Positions 48,360 through 56,278 of a DNA stretch of 64,000 bases are shown in pieces. The stretch spans positions 1,605 through 65,604 of the forward strand of contig JAZNAQ010000022.1 in the NCBI GenBank assembly GCA_045586595.1. Direction: 5' to 3'. Made by a program: the position numbers and the translations under genes. This DNA comes from Eubacteriales bacterium. GTDB taxonomy: Bacteria; Bacillota; Clostridia; Oscillospirales; JAAYXM01. Each line of letters begins with the position of its first letter. The stretch's first letter is position 1. Under the pieces are notes generated by a model, which saw only the letters and a list, made by a program, of their open reading frames with translations, made no database searches and was not told where the DNA came from.

Positions 48360-48711
48360 AAAATTTCATCCTCCTTTCACAAAAGTAAAATAATTATATT
48401 TTCGCATTTTAAATTTCATTCTTATTTTATTATATAGCATTATACGCCTTTTTTCAACATTTAAAGTGTATTTGAAAGCAGGCACCTCTGTGAATAATAT
48501 TGCACAAAATATATAAGCGTGAAACAAGGCACTTCTTTTTAGCGGGAAAGCCTTAATTTGTTGGTATATACACTTAAACTTAATTTTAAAACAGCGATTT
48601 TTAGATGTTCGGCGCCTGTTTCATCGGTTTTATCGGCACTTTTCTTTATTTACAAATTTTCTGTTTCATGTTATTATAAAGATATAATTCGACAATAAGG
48701 AGGCCGAGTTT

Positions 48712-49203
48712 ATGGCTTTTTGTACTAAATGCGGAGTCGAGCTCAAAGACGGTTCAAGCTTTTGTCATGCTTGCGGAACTAAAGTCGGAGGCGACGCGCC
48801 TAAATATGACTTTTCCTCATATGTAAATCAATTTACAGGCACAACGGACACAACGGATAAATACGACCCGATAGATATTGCTCAGAACAAAGCAGTCAGC
48901 GTAATCGCATATATATCATGGCTCGTGCTTATCCCTCTTCTCAAAGCAAAAAACTCGCCATTTGCGCGTTTCCACACAAATCAGGGCTTGGTATTATGGC
49001 TTCTGAGCATTGGCTGGAGCGTTGCGCAAGCGGTTATTTCTTTTGTCTTACTCTCAATTTCACATTATCTCAAACCCGTTGTATCACTTCTCAGCCTTAT
49101 GGACATTGTATTTATCGTGCTTATGGTTATAGGAATAGTCAATGCCGCCCAAGGCAAGGCAAAAGAACTCCCTATTATCGGGAAAATAAAGCTTATAAAG
49201 TAG
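48712..49203 (+). CDS. Zinc-ribbon + DUF4870-like membrane protein
   Basis: 163 aa with an N-terminal CTKCG...CHACG ribbon, then a 3-TM region with HTNQGL. Confidence 0.55.
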   Translation: MAFCTKCGVELKDGSSFCHACGTKVGGDAPKYDFSSYVNQFTGTTDTTDKYDPIDIAQNKAVSVIAYISWLVLIPLLKAKNSPFARFHTNQGLVLWLLSIGWSVAQAVISFVLLSISHYLKPVVSLLSLMDIVFIVLMVIGIVNAAQGKAKELPIIGKIKLIK

Positions 49204-49210
49204 ACTATAC

Positions 49211-49246
49211 AAAAGGCTCTGTACTGTGTCGGGTACAGAGCCTTTT
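49211..49246. terminator. Bidirectional terminator (end of the ilvE-oxidoreductase operon)
   Basis: AAAAGGCTCTGTAC-TGTGTCGG-GTACAGAGCCTTTT. Confidence 0.85.
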
Positions 49247-49255
49247 GATTTTGTT

Positions 49256-49789
49256 TTAGTCTTTGTAGTTAATTCCGCAGTTGATTGCCTTTAAGTTTAC
49301 TTCTAAAAGGTTTGCGCGCTTTGCAGAAACAACCTTCTTGAGTGAATCCTCAATATTGTCAGTTCTCATGCCGCTTTCCTTCATGAGCTTACCTGTGATA
49401 ATCATGTTTGCGAGCGTCGGTGCCTCCATAGCCTGTGCAAGCTGTGTTGCTGGGATATAGAACACCTTGACGTCGTCTCTCTTAACCTTGCGCTCGATAA
49501 GAGTTGAGTCAACGATAATCATACCGCCGGGTACAACTGCATCCTCATACTTATCAAGTGACGGAAGGTTCATTGCAACAAGAATATCGGGGTTTGAAAC
49601 AATGGGTGAGCCTACAGGGTCATCAGAGAGGATAACGCTGCAGTTTGCTGTGCCGCCGCGCATCTCCGGACCATAGGACGGAAGCCAGCTGAGCTGTTTT
49701 CCCTCAAGAAGGCCTTTATATGCAAGGAACTTACCCGCGAACAGGATGCCCTGGCCTCCAAAGCCCGCTAAAAGCAACTGTGTTGTCAT
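49256..49789 (-). CDS. 2-oxoacid:ferredoxin oxidoreductase, gamma subunit
   Basis: About 177 aa from [20 protein letters not shown]. That start is 2 nt after the beta stop, so the track ORF's 27-codon extension overlaps the beta subunit. Confidence 0.85.
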   Translation of the reverse strand: MTTQLLLAGFGGQGILFAGKFLAYKGLLEGKQLSWLPSYGPEMRGGTANCSVILSDDPVGSPIVSNPDILVAMNLPSLDKYEDAVVPGGMIIVDSTLIERKVKRDDVKVFYIPATQLAQAMEAPTLANMIITGKLMKESGMRTDNIEDSLKKVVSAKRANLLEVNLKAINCGINYKD

Positions 49790-49791
49790 AA

Positions 49792-50544
49792 TTATGCTTC
49801 CTCCTTCTGTGCGCTCTTGTCTCTGTAAACACCGAGCGGATAGTATGGAATCATCTTCTCGTCTACCCACTTGAGAGCGTCATTCGGAGTCATACCCCAG
49901 TTTGTCGGGCAGGTAGAGACAACCTCGATAAGAGAGAATCCCTTTCCCTCAACCTGATTGCGAAACGCCTTGAGAATTGCCTTACCCGCAGCCTTTACAT
50001 TTTTAACGCTGTTTACTGCAACACGCTCAATATACTCAGGTCCGTCGAGAGTTGAGAGCATTTCGCTGACTCTTATCGGGTAGCCTGCTGTTGTTACATC
50101 ACGCCCGTACGGAGATGTCTGAGTTACCTGGCCGGGGAGTGATGTCGGGGCCATCTGGCCTCCGGTCATACCGTAGATTGCGTTATTTACAAATATAACG
50201 GTAATGTTTTCATTACGAGCTGCTGCGTGGACTGTCTCTGCCATACCGATTGAGGCAAGGTCTCCGTCGCCCTGATATGTAAAGATAACATTCTCAGGGA
50301 AAGCTCGCTTAAGGCCCGTTGCGACAGCCGGAGCACGGCCGTGAGCCGCCTCTACCATATCGCATGAAAAGTAATCATATGCCATAACAGAGCATCCGAC
50401 CGGTGCGACACCGATTGTCTTGCCCTCTACGCCGAGTGCGTCAATCGCCTCAGCAACAAGGCGGTGAATAATGCCGTGGGTGCAGCCCGGGCAGTAGTGA
50501 AGCGGTGCGTCTGTTAAGCTTTTCGGTTTTTCAAATACTACCAT
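49792..50544 (-). CDS. 2-oxoacid:ferredoxin oxidoreductase, beta (TPP-binding) subunit
   Basis: 250 aa with YCPGCTHG and the GDGD TPP motif. Confidence 0.88.
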   Translation of the reverse strand: MVVFEKPKSLTDAPLHYCPGCTHGIIHRLVAEAIDALGVEGKTIGVAPVGCSVMAYDYFSCDMVEAAHGRAPAVATGLKRAFPENVIFTYQGDGDLASIGMAETVHAAARNENITVIFVNNAIYGMTGGQMAPTSLPGQVTQTSPYGRDVTTAGYPIRVSEMLSTLDGPEYIERVAVNSVKNVKAAGKAILKAFRNQVEGKGFSLIEVVSTCPTNWGMTPNDALKWVDEKMIPYYPLGVYRDKSAQKEEA

Positions 50545-51605
50545 TAGTTGCTACCTCCCTTGACTTCTTTAATTTTTTCAAGAACCTGCTCAGGTGACGG
50601 AATCATGCCGCCGACGCGGTTACAGAGATGAACAGGCTTTTTGCAGTCTGTTGCAAGGCGGATGTCTTCAATCATCTGGCCCATTGAAAGCTCAACGCTG
50701 ATAAATGCCTGTACCTTATCTGCAGCCTCAGCAAGCGGTGCCTTCGGGAACGGCCATACGGTAATCGGGCGAATCATACCGACCTTTATACCCTCTTTTC
50801 GTGCTGCAACAACTGCGTTCTTTGCAACACGGGCAGCGATACCGAATGCGACAACACAGTACTCTGCATCATCCATCATAAAGCTTTCGTATCTTGCCTC
50901 TGTCTCTTCTATAAGCTTATATCTCTCATAGCGCTCGATATTCTTCTGCTCGAGCTCTTCAGGCTTTAAGTAGAGCGAGTTTATGATGTTATGCTCGCGC
51001 TTCATATCAGTTCCGGTTACTGCCCACGGCTTATCTGTTGTATTAACGCTTTCTTCAGGAAGCTCAACCGGCTCCATCATCTGCCCCATTGTGCCGTCTG
51101 CAAGAAGCATAGCAGGCATACGATATTTTTCGGCAAGCTCAAACGCAAGAGCTGTCATATCAGCCATTTCCTGAACGGATTCAGGTGTAAGGACTATCAT
51201 GCGATAGTCGCCGTGACCTCCGCCCTTTGTTGACTGGAAGTAGTCTGACTGAGACGGCTGGATGCCGCCGAGACCGGGGCCGCCGCGCTGTACGTTAACG
51301 ATAAGTGCCGGAAGGTCTGCACCTGCAATATAGGAGATACCCTCCTGCTTAAGCGAGATACCGGGGCTTGAGGAGGAGGTCATAACACGCTTGCCTGTAC
51401 CCGCAACTCCGTATACCATATTAATAGCCGAGATTTCACTCTCTGCCTGGAGGAATGTCCCCCCGATTTTCGGCATTCTCTTTGCCATGTATGCCGCAAC
51501 CTCTGTCTGCGGTGTTATCGGATAACCGAAGTAATGGCGACAGCCCGCACGGATAGCGGCTTCTGCGATTGCTTCGTTACCTTTCATCAAAACTTTTTCT
51601 GCCAT
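50544..51605 (-). CDS. 2-oxoacid:ferredoxin oxidoreductase, alpha subunit
   Basis: About 353 aa from MAEKVLMKGNEAIAEAA, with RBS GAGGTG 8 nt upstream. Typical VOR/KOR alpha N-terminus. Confidence 0.88.
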   Translation of the reverse strand: MAEKVLMKGNEAIAEAAIRAGCRHYFGYPITPQTEVAAYMAKRMPKIGGTFLQAESEISAINMVYGVAGTGKRVMTSSSSPGISLKQEGISYIAGADLPALIVNVQRGGPGLGGIQPSQSDYFQSTKGGGHGDYRMIVLTPESVQEMADMTALAFELAEKYRMPAMLLADGTMGQMMEPVELPEESVNTTDKPWAVTGTDMKREHNIINSLYLKPEELEQKNIERYERYKLIEETEARYESFMMDDAEYCVVAFGIAARVAKNAVVAARKEGIKVGMIRPITVWPFPKAPLAEAADKVQAFISVELSMGQMIEDIRLATDCKKPVHLCNRVGGMIPSPEQVLEKIKEVKGGSN

Positions 51606-51617
51606 TTTCCGCACACC

Positions 51618-51824
51618 TCACTTTTCTACCTTGATTACGCAGTCCGGGCACATAGTTGCACAGAATGCGCAAGCGATACATTTCTCCTGGTCGGTTATCT
51701 CCGCCGGAGAATGACCCTTTTTGTTGATTTTGTCTTTTGCAAGACGGATTATCCCCTTCGGACAAGCTGTAACACAAAGGCCACAACCCTTACAAATGTC
51801 CGAGTCGAATGTTACCTTAGCCAT
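51618..51824 (-). CDS. 2-oxoacid:ferredoxin oxidoreductase, delta subunit (2x[4Fe-4S] ferredoxin)
   Basis: 68 aa with two CxxCxxCxxxCP motifs. Confidence 0.88.
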   Translation of the reverse strand: MAKVTFDSDICKGCGLCVTACPKGIIRLAKDKINKKGHSPAEITDQEKCIACAFCATMCPDCVIKVEK

Positions 51825-51845
51825 AATAACACTCCTTTTTCTGTA

Positions 51846-52514
51846 TTAAAATAATTTTTCTTGTAATTTGAGTTTAAAGAAAGACGTATTTTGCGCCTGC
51901 TCGCAAAGATTCTTTTCTGATGTTGTCATAACAACGGGAACGCCGGATATTTCCGCAAGTTCTTCAGCAAATGCCAAGGTGTTCACAACATCGTCGATTG
52001 TCGTCTCGACCCCGATATTGGAGTTATTGACAATCCCCGTAAACGGAATCCCCGATGCTGTTTCTATCTCGCGAAAAACCTCAAGCGCTTCTTTTGCCGT
52101 ACGCGTAAGCGGGCGATAGAAGTTTACAACGAACAGGTTTGCAAAGTCGTTCTCTTCTAAAATATACGGACGGTATCTGCCAAGAGCATACGCACCGCGG
52201 TCATCGCCGCCTATGTCCATAACAACCCGGCGGTCTCTCCTCTGCACAAGGCCATAGACCTCCTGCGGAAGCGAGGGCAAATCTACGCTTGTGTTTGCAA
52301 ACGGTAGCGCAATAACCTCAACACCTGCATCGGTAAGCTCTTTTAAGCTATCCTTTGTGCGGAAATACGGATTTACAATATCAATATCAGCGATACTTAC
52401 GGGAAAACCTTTCTCGCTTAAGTGGAGCGCATAGTTTACCGCGATGTTGGTTTTGCCGCTGCCGTAGTGGCCGCAGAAAAGAGTAACTCTTTTATTTAAA
52501 GCGTGATTGTCCAA
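51846..52514 (-). CDS. MinD/CooC-like P-loop NTPase, function unknown
   Basis: 222 aa with a deviant Walker A (GHYGSGKTN). Embedded between ilvE and the delta subunit, overlapping ilvE by 19 nt. Confidence 0.5.
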   Translation of the reverse strand: MDNHALNKRVTLFCGHYGSGKTNIAVNYALHLSEKGFPVSIADIDIVNPYFRTKDSLKELTDAGVEVIALPFANTSVDLPSLPQEVYGLVQRRDRRVVMDIGGDDRGAYALGRYRPYILEENDFANLFVVNFYRPLTRTAKEALEVFREIETASGIPFTGIVNNSNIGVETTIDDVVNTLAFAEELAEISGVPVVMTTSEKNLCEQAQNTSFFKLKLQEKLF

Positions 52515-53563
52515 TTAAACTTATCCTCACACTTGCCCCACTGAATACCTGTGATGGTGTCATAGAGCTTCTGGCTGACCTCGCCTATTGTGTTGTTATT
52601 GATAAGCATAACATCGTCTTTATAACGAAGCTTACCAACCGGCGAGATTACGGCTGCCGTGCCTGTTCCGAAGCACTCTTCAAGCTTGCCGCTCTTCTGT
52701 GCATTTAAAAGCTCCTCAACGCTTATTTTGCGTTCCTCAACCTCATATCCCCAGGACTTACATACCTCAATTACCGAGTTTCTTGTGATACCCGGCAGAA
52801 TGCTGCCGGAGTGCTCCGGGGTTACGATTTTGCCGTCAATCTTAAAGAAGATGTTCATAGCACCGACTTCTTCGATGTACTTTCTCTCTACACCGTCAAG
52901 CCAGAGAACCTGTGAATAGCCCTCGTCGTGAGCCTTGACCTGAGCCGCAAGAGAAGCTGCGTAGTTACCGCCTGTCTTTGCAAAGCCCATACCGCCCTTG
53001 ACAGCGCGGACATAGTCGTCTTCAATCCAGATACCTACAGGAGCAAGGCCGCTTGCGTAATATGCGCCTGACGGAGAAAGGATGATGATAAAGAGATATG
53101 TCTTTGACGGTGCAACACCGAGGAACTCGTCTGTTGCGATGATAAACGGTCTTATGTAGAGCGATGTGCCGGGGGCTGTGGGTATCCAATCCTCATCAAC
53201 CTTGACAACTGCTTTACATGCCTCTACAAAAAGCTCCTCAGGAAGCTGAGGGATGCAAAGACGCTCGTTTGTGGCGTTTGTTCTCTTTGCGTTCATATCA
53301 GGTCTGAAAAGGCGAGCCTTTCCGTCACGTCCTCTGTATGCCTTAAGGCCTTCAAACATTTCCTGACCGTAGTGGAAAACCATTGCGGACGGGTCGAGAG
53401 AGAGCTTCTCATACGGGACTATTCTCCCGTCGTGCCAGCCTTTTCCCTCGGTATAGTTCATAACAAACATATGGTCTGTAAACACCTTGCCAAAGCCGAG
53501 CTTTGACTCATCTTCTGGTCGCTGTTTAGGATTTGTTGTTTTTGTTATCGGAAAATTATACAT
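52496..53563 (-). CDS. ilvE: Branched-chain amino acid aminotransferase
   Basis: 355 aa, fold-type IV PLP enzyme (long IlvE form) with motifs FEGLKAY, GGNYAASL and GITR. Confidence 0.9.
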   Translation of the reverse strand: MYNFPITKTTNPKQRPEDESKLGFGKVFTDHMFVMNYTEGKGWHDGRIVPYEKLSLDPSAMVFHYGQEMFEGLKAYRGRDGKARLFRPDMNAKRTNATNERLCIPQLPEELFVEACKAVVKVDEDWIPTAPGTSLYIRPFIIATDEFLGVAPSKTYLFIIILSPSGAYYASGLAPVGIWIEDDYVRAVKGGMGFAKTGGNYAASLAAQVKAHDEGYSQVLWLDGVERKYIEEVGAMNIFFKIDGKIVTPEHSGSILPGITRNSVIEVCKSWGYEVEERKISVEELLNAQKSGKLEECFGTGTAAVISPVGKLRYKDDVMLINNNTIGEVSQKLYDTITGIQWGKCEDKFNWTITL

Positions 53564-53588
53564 TTCAAATCTCTCCTTTTTATTTATA

Positions 53589-55877
53589 TCACAGCTTATT
53601 TCTCTGAATCTTTCCGCTTACTGTCTTGGGCAGCTCGTCACGGAATACGACGAGGCGCGGATATTTATACGGAGCTGTATGCTCTTTAACATAGTTCTGA
53701 ATCTCTTTCTTGAGTTCTTCTGTAGGCTCTGTGCCCTTTGTAAGAACGATACTTGCCTTTACTATCTGGCCGCGAACCTCATCAGGTGCTGCAGAAACGC
53801 CACACTCAAGGACGTACGGAAGCTCCATGATAACGCTTTCAATCTCAAACGGCCCGATGCGGTAGCCGGATGACTTGATAACGTCATCAACACGGCCGAC
53901 ATACCAATAGAAGCCGTCCTCATCACGCCATGCGGTATCTCCTGTGTGATAGTATCCGTCGTGGAGAACCTCAAGAGTTTTTTCCTCGTCGCGGTAGTAC
54001 TCAACAAAGAGGCCGCAGGGCTTGCCGTTCTTTACGTTAATTACGATTTCGCCGGTCTCACCGACAGCTACGGGCTCGCCTTTGTCATTTACAAGCTCAA
54101 CATTGTATATCGGAGCAGGCTTACCCATAGAACCAATTTTGTGCGGAGCACCTATCATGTTACCGATAATCATTGTGCTCTCTGTCTGGCCAAAGCCCTC
54201 AATTATCTGAAGGCCTGTTGCCTTTTCAAATTGCTTATAGACCTCGGGGTTTAAAGCCTCGCCCGCTGTTGACATATGCTTGACAGACGAGAAGTCATAC
54301 TGCGAAATATCTTCTTTAACAAGCATACGAAGCATTGTAGGCGGTGCGCAGAAGGTCGTGATGTTATGACGCGCAAACATCGGAAGAATTTCTTTCGCAT
54401 CAAAGCGGTCAAAGTCATAAACGAATATTGCCGCCTCGCAAAGCCACTGGCCGTAGAGCTTACCCCACATAGACTTTGCCCAGCCTGTATCTGAAATTGT
54501 GAAGTGTAGCCCATCAGGGTCAACATTGTGCCAATACTTTGCTGTATGGAAGTGACCGAGCGGATATTTATGGTTGTGTGCCGCAATCTTCGGGTATCCG
54601 GTAGTGCCGGATGTAAAGAACATCAGAAGCAAATCATCGCCGCACGGTGAATCATCGTTTCTTTCAAAGTGTGAGCTGTATAGCGGGTACTCGTCAGCAA
54701 AGCTTCTCCAACCCTCACGCTCGCCACCGACTATAATCTTATGTATAAGCTCAGGGCAGGTCTTTGCCGCCTCATCTACCTGTGCGGTACACTCTCCGTC
54801 TGCCGTGCAGAGGATTGTGTTTACGCCCGCCGCCTGAAAACGATACTCAAAGTCATGAACCTGAAGCTGGTTTGTGGCGGGGATAGCGATTGCGCCGAGC
54901 TTATTAAGACCAATCATAGCATACCAGAATTCGTAATGACGCTTCAGTACGAGCATAACTCTGTCGCCTTTTTTGATACCGAGTGACTTAAAGTAGTTTG
55001 CGCATCTTGCTGATTCACGCTTTACATCCTCAAAAGTAATGCGGCGTTCTACTTTATTCTTGTCGATATGAAGCATCGCAAGCTTATCAGGCTCGCGTTC
55101 TGCCAAAGCATCTACAAGGTCGAAAGCAAAGTTAAAGTTTTCGGTGTTTTTAAACTCAATCTTTGTAGGTGTTCCCTTTTCGTTCTCTTCAACAGAAATA
55201 TACTTACGGTAAATTCTGTCCTTAGTGTCACGCTTGACCTCGCGGGGATCGTCGATAGCTTTTATCGGAGTAAGCTCAGGAATGGGCTCACCTGACGGAT
55301 TCAAAACGATTGCATAGAAAACACAATCACGACCGTTTACGGCAATCATACCGTGTGGGGTATTACTGTCAAAGTAAATGCTGTCACCCGCGCGGAGAAC
55401 CTCGCGGTGCTCGCCTATCTGAACCATAAGCTCGCCCTCAACGACTATGTCACACTCCTGACCATCGTGAGTGGTAAGCTCAATATCGCGGTTTTGCGCG
55501 CTCTCATCATAAGCACATCTGACGTAGAGCGGCTCTGCGATTCTGTTCTGAAAAGCATATGCAAGGTTATAATATGTCATGCCATGAGCATTTGCTATTT
55601 CCTGCCCCAAACCGTTTCTTGTAACCGTAAACGATTTAAGAGTAGGGCTGTAGCCCTCAATAATATCTGTTACGTTAACACGCAATGCAAGCGCGCAACG
55701 GTAAAGGAATGCAAAGTTAAGGTCTTGCTTGCCTTCTTCACACAAAATATACTCTTCAACCGAAACATCGGTCTTTTCGGCCATCTCTGCCGGGGTCAAC
55801 CCCTCAATCTCACGAAGTTCGCGTATACGAGATGCCATCTCTTGAATTTTGTAGTCAAGTCCTGATATAGGTTGCAT
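53589..55877 (-). CDS. XRE-HTH + cupin + medium/short-chain acyl-CoA synthetase (AMP-forming) fusion, paralog 1 (behind the Val T-box)
   Basis: 762 aa from ATG 55877 (MQPISG..., RBS GAAAGGATGG). HTH (LTPAEMAEKTDVSVEEY), cupin (GDSIYFDSNTPHGMIA), then AMP-binding motifs FTSGTTGYPK, YHTGDTAWRDEDGFYWYVGRVDDVIKSSGYRIGPFEIE and SGKIQR. Confidence 0.85.
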   Translation of the reverse strand: MQPISGLDYKIQEMASRIRELREIEGLTPAEMAEKTDVSVEEYILCEEGKQDLNFAFLYRCALALRVNVTDIIEGYSPTLKSFTVTRNGLGQEIANAHGMTYYNLAYAFQNRIAEPLYVRCAYDESAQNRDIELTTHDGQECDIVVEGELMVQIGEHREVLRAGDSIYFDSNTPHGMIAVNGRDCVFYAIVLNPSGEPIPELTPIKAIDDPREVKRDTKDRIYRKYISVEENEKGTPTKIEFKNTENFNFAFDLVDALAEREPDKLAMLHIDKNKVERRITFEDVKRESARCANYFKSLGIKKGDRVMLVLKRHYEFWYAMIGLNKLGAIAIPATNQLQVHDFEYRFQAAGVNTILCTADGECTAQVDEAAKTCPELIHKIIVGGEREGWRSFADEYPLYSSHFERNDDSPCGDDLLLMFFTSGTTGYPKIAAHNHKYPLGHFHTAKYWHNVDPDGLHFTISDTGWAKSMWGKLYGQWLCEAAIFVYDFDRFDAKEILPMFARHNITTFCAPPTMLRMLVKEDISQYDFSSVKHMSTAGEALNPEVYKQFEKATGLQIIEGFGQTESTMIIGNMIGAPHKIGSMGKPAPIYNVELVNDKGEPVAVGETGEIVINVKNGKPCGLFVEYYRDEEKTLEVLHDGYYHTGDTAWRDEDGFYWYVGRVDDVIKSSGYRIGPFEIESVIMELPYVLECGVSAAPDEVRGQIVKASIVLTKGTEPTEELKKEIQNYVKEHTAPYKYPRLVVFRDELPKTVSGKIQRNKL

Positions 55878-55905
55878 AATAAGCCATCCTTTCACGGAAC
55901 GAATT

Positions 55906-56191
55906 AAAAAGCACTCGTCCCAAAGCTGATAATCTTTGAGACGAGTGTCAGAATTTCTAATACACCCGCGGTACCACTCAAATTGCGCTTTACGCGCCAC
56001 TCAGACTCAAACAAGCCGTATGCATTTACGCAGCAGTCACGGAAAGGTTCTACTCGCCTTATATAAGACTTTCTTCCTCTCAGCTCAGAAGCTACAGACA
56101 CAAGTAACAATGCCGATAGTTCACACCCACCACTATCTCTCTGAAGGACTGTACACTCACGCTCTCTTCGTCAACGCCTTTATATTCATTT
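55906..56191 (-). promoter_or_regulatory. T-box riboswitch, specifier GUA (Val)
   Basis: Promoter TTGACA (56226-56221), 17 nt spacer, TATAAT (56203-56198). Stem I has the GA motif UUGACGAAG, AGAGAG bulge and a GGUG distal loop. Specifier loop GUCU-GUA-G-CUUC (codon at plus 56093-56095). CCGUGA F-box. T-box UUUGAGUGGUACCGCGGG (55965-55984). Terminator CACUCGUC...GACGAGUG plus U5 (55906-55947). Confidence 0.85.
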
Positions 56192-56278
56192 GTGGTTATT
56201 ATATATCAGTCAAGGGAATTTGTCAATACCTATTTGTGGCATATTATGAGTTTTTATGCGAGTTTTTGCGATTATCTA

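Noticed and set aside
48360-48711. Possible c-di-GMP riboswitch (GEMM-I/II) in the long AT-rich region upstream of pelD
   Set aside because: I read both strands and found no GEMM-like conserved blocks (GCAAA/GGCAAACC-type cores). There is only a weak hairpin around 48530-48560, and promoter-like hexamers for the divergent zinc-ribbon gene.
49790-49870. 27-codon N-terminal extension of the oxidoreductase gamma subunit ORF
   Set aside because: It overlaps the 3' end of the beta subunit. The conserved gamma N-terminus ([14 protein letters not shown]) starts 2 nt after the beta stop.
53487-53873. Plus-strand ORFs 53487-53873 and 56192-56563 encoding similar 123-128 aa peptides
   Set aside because: Both are antisense shadows of the nearly identical C-terminal coding regions of the two ligase paralogs. 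The similarity is inherited from the real genes on the other strand.
55878-56000. 41-codon N-terminal extension of the 803-aa track ORF (MARKAQFEWYRGC...)
   Set aside because: It lies inside the Val T-box leader, covering the T-box sequence and terminator hairpin. A good RBS and ATG at 55877 give the HTH N-terminus homologous to paralog 2.
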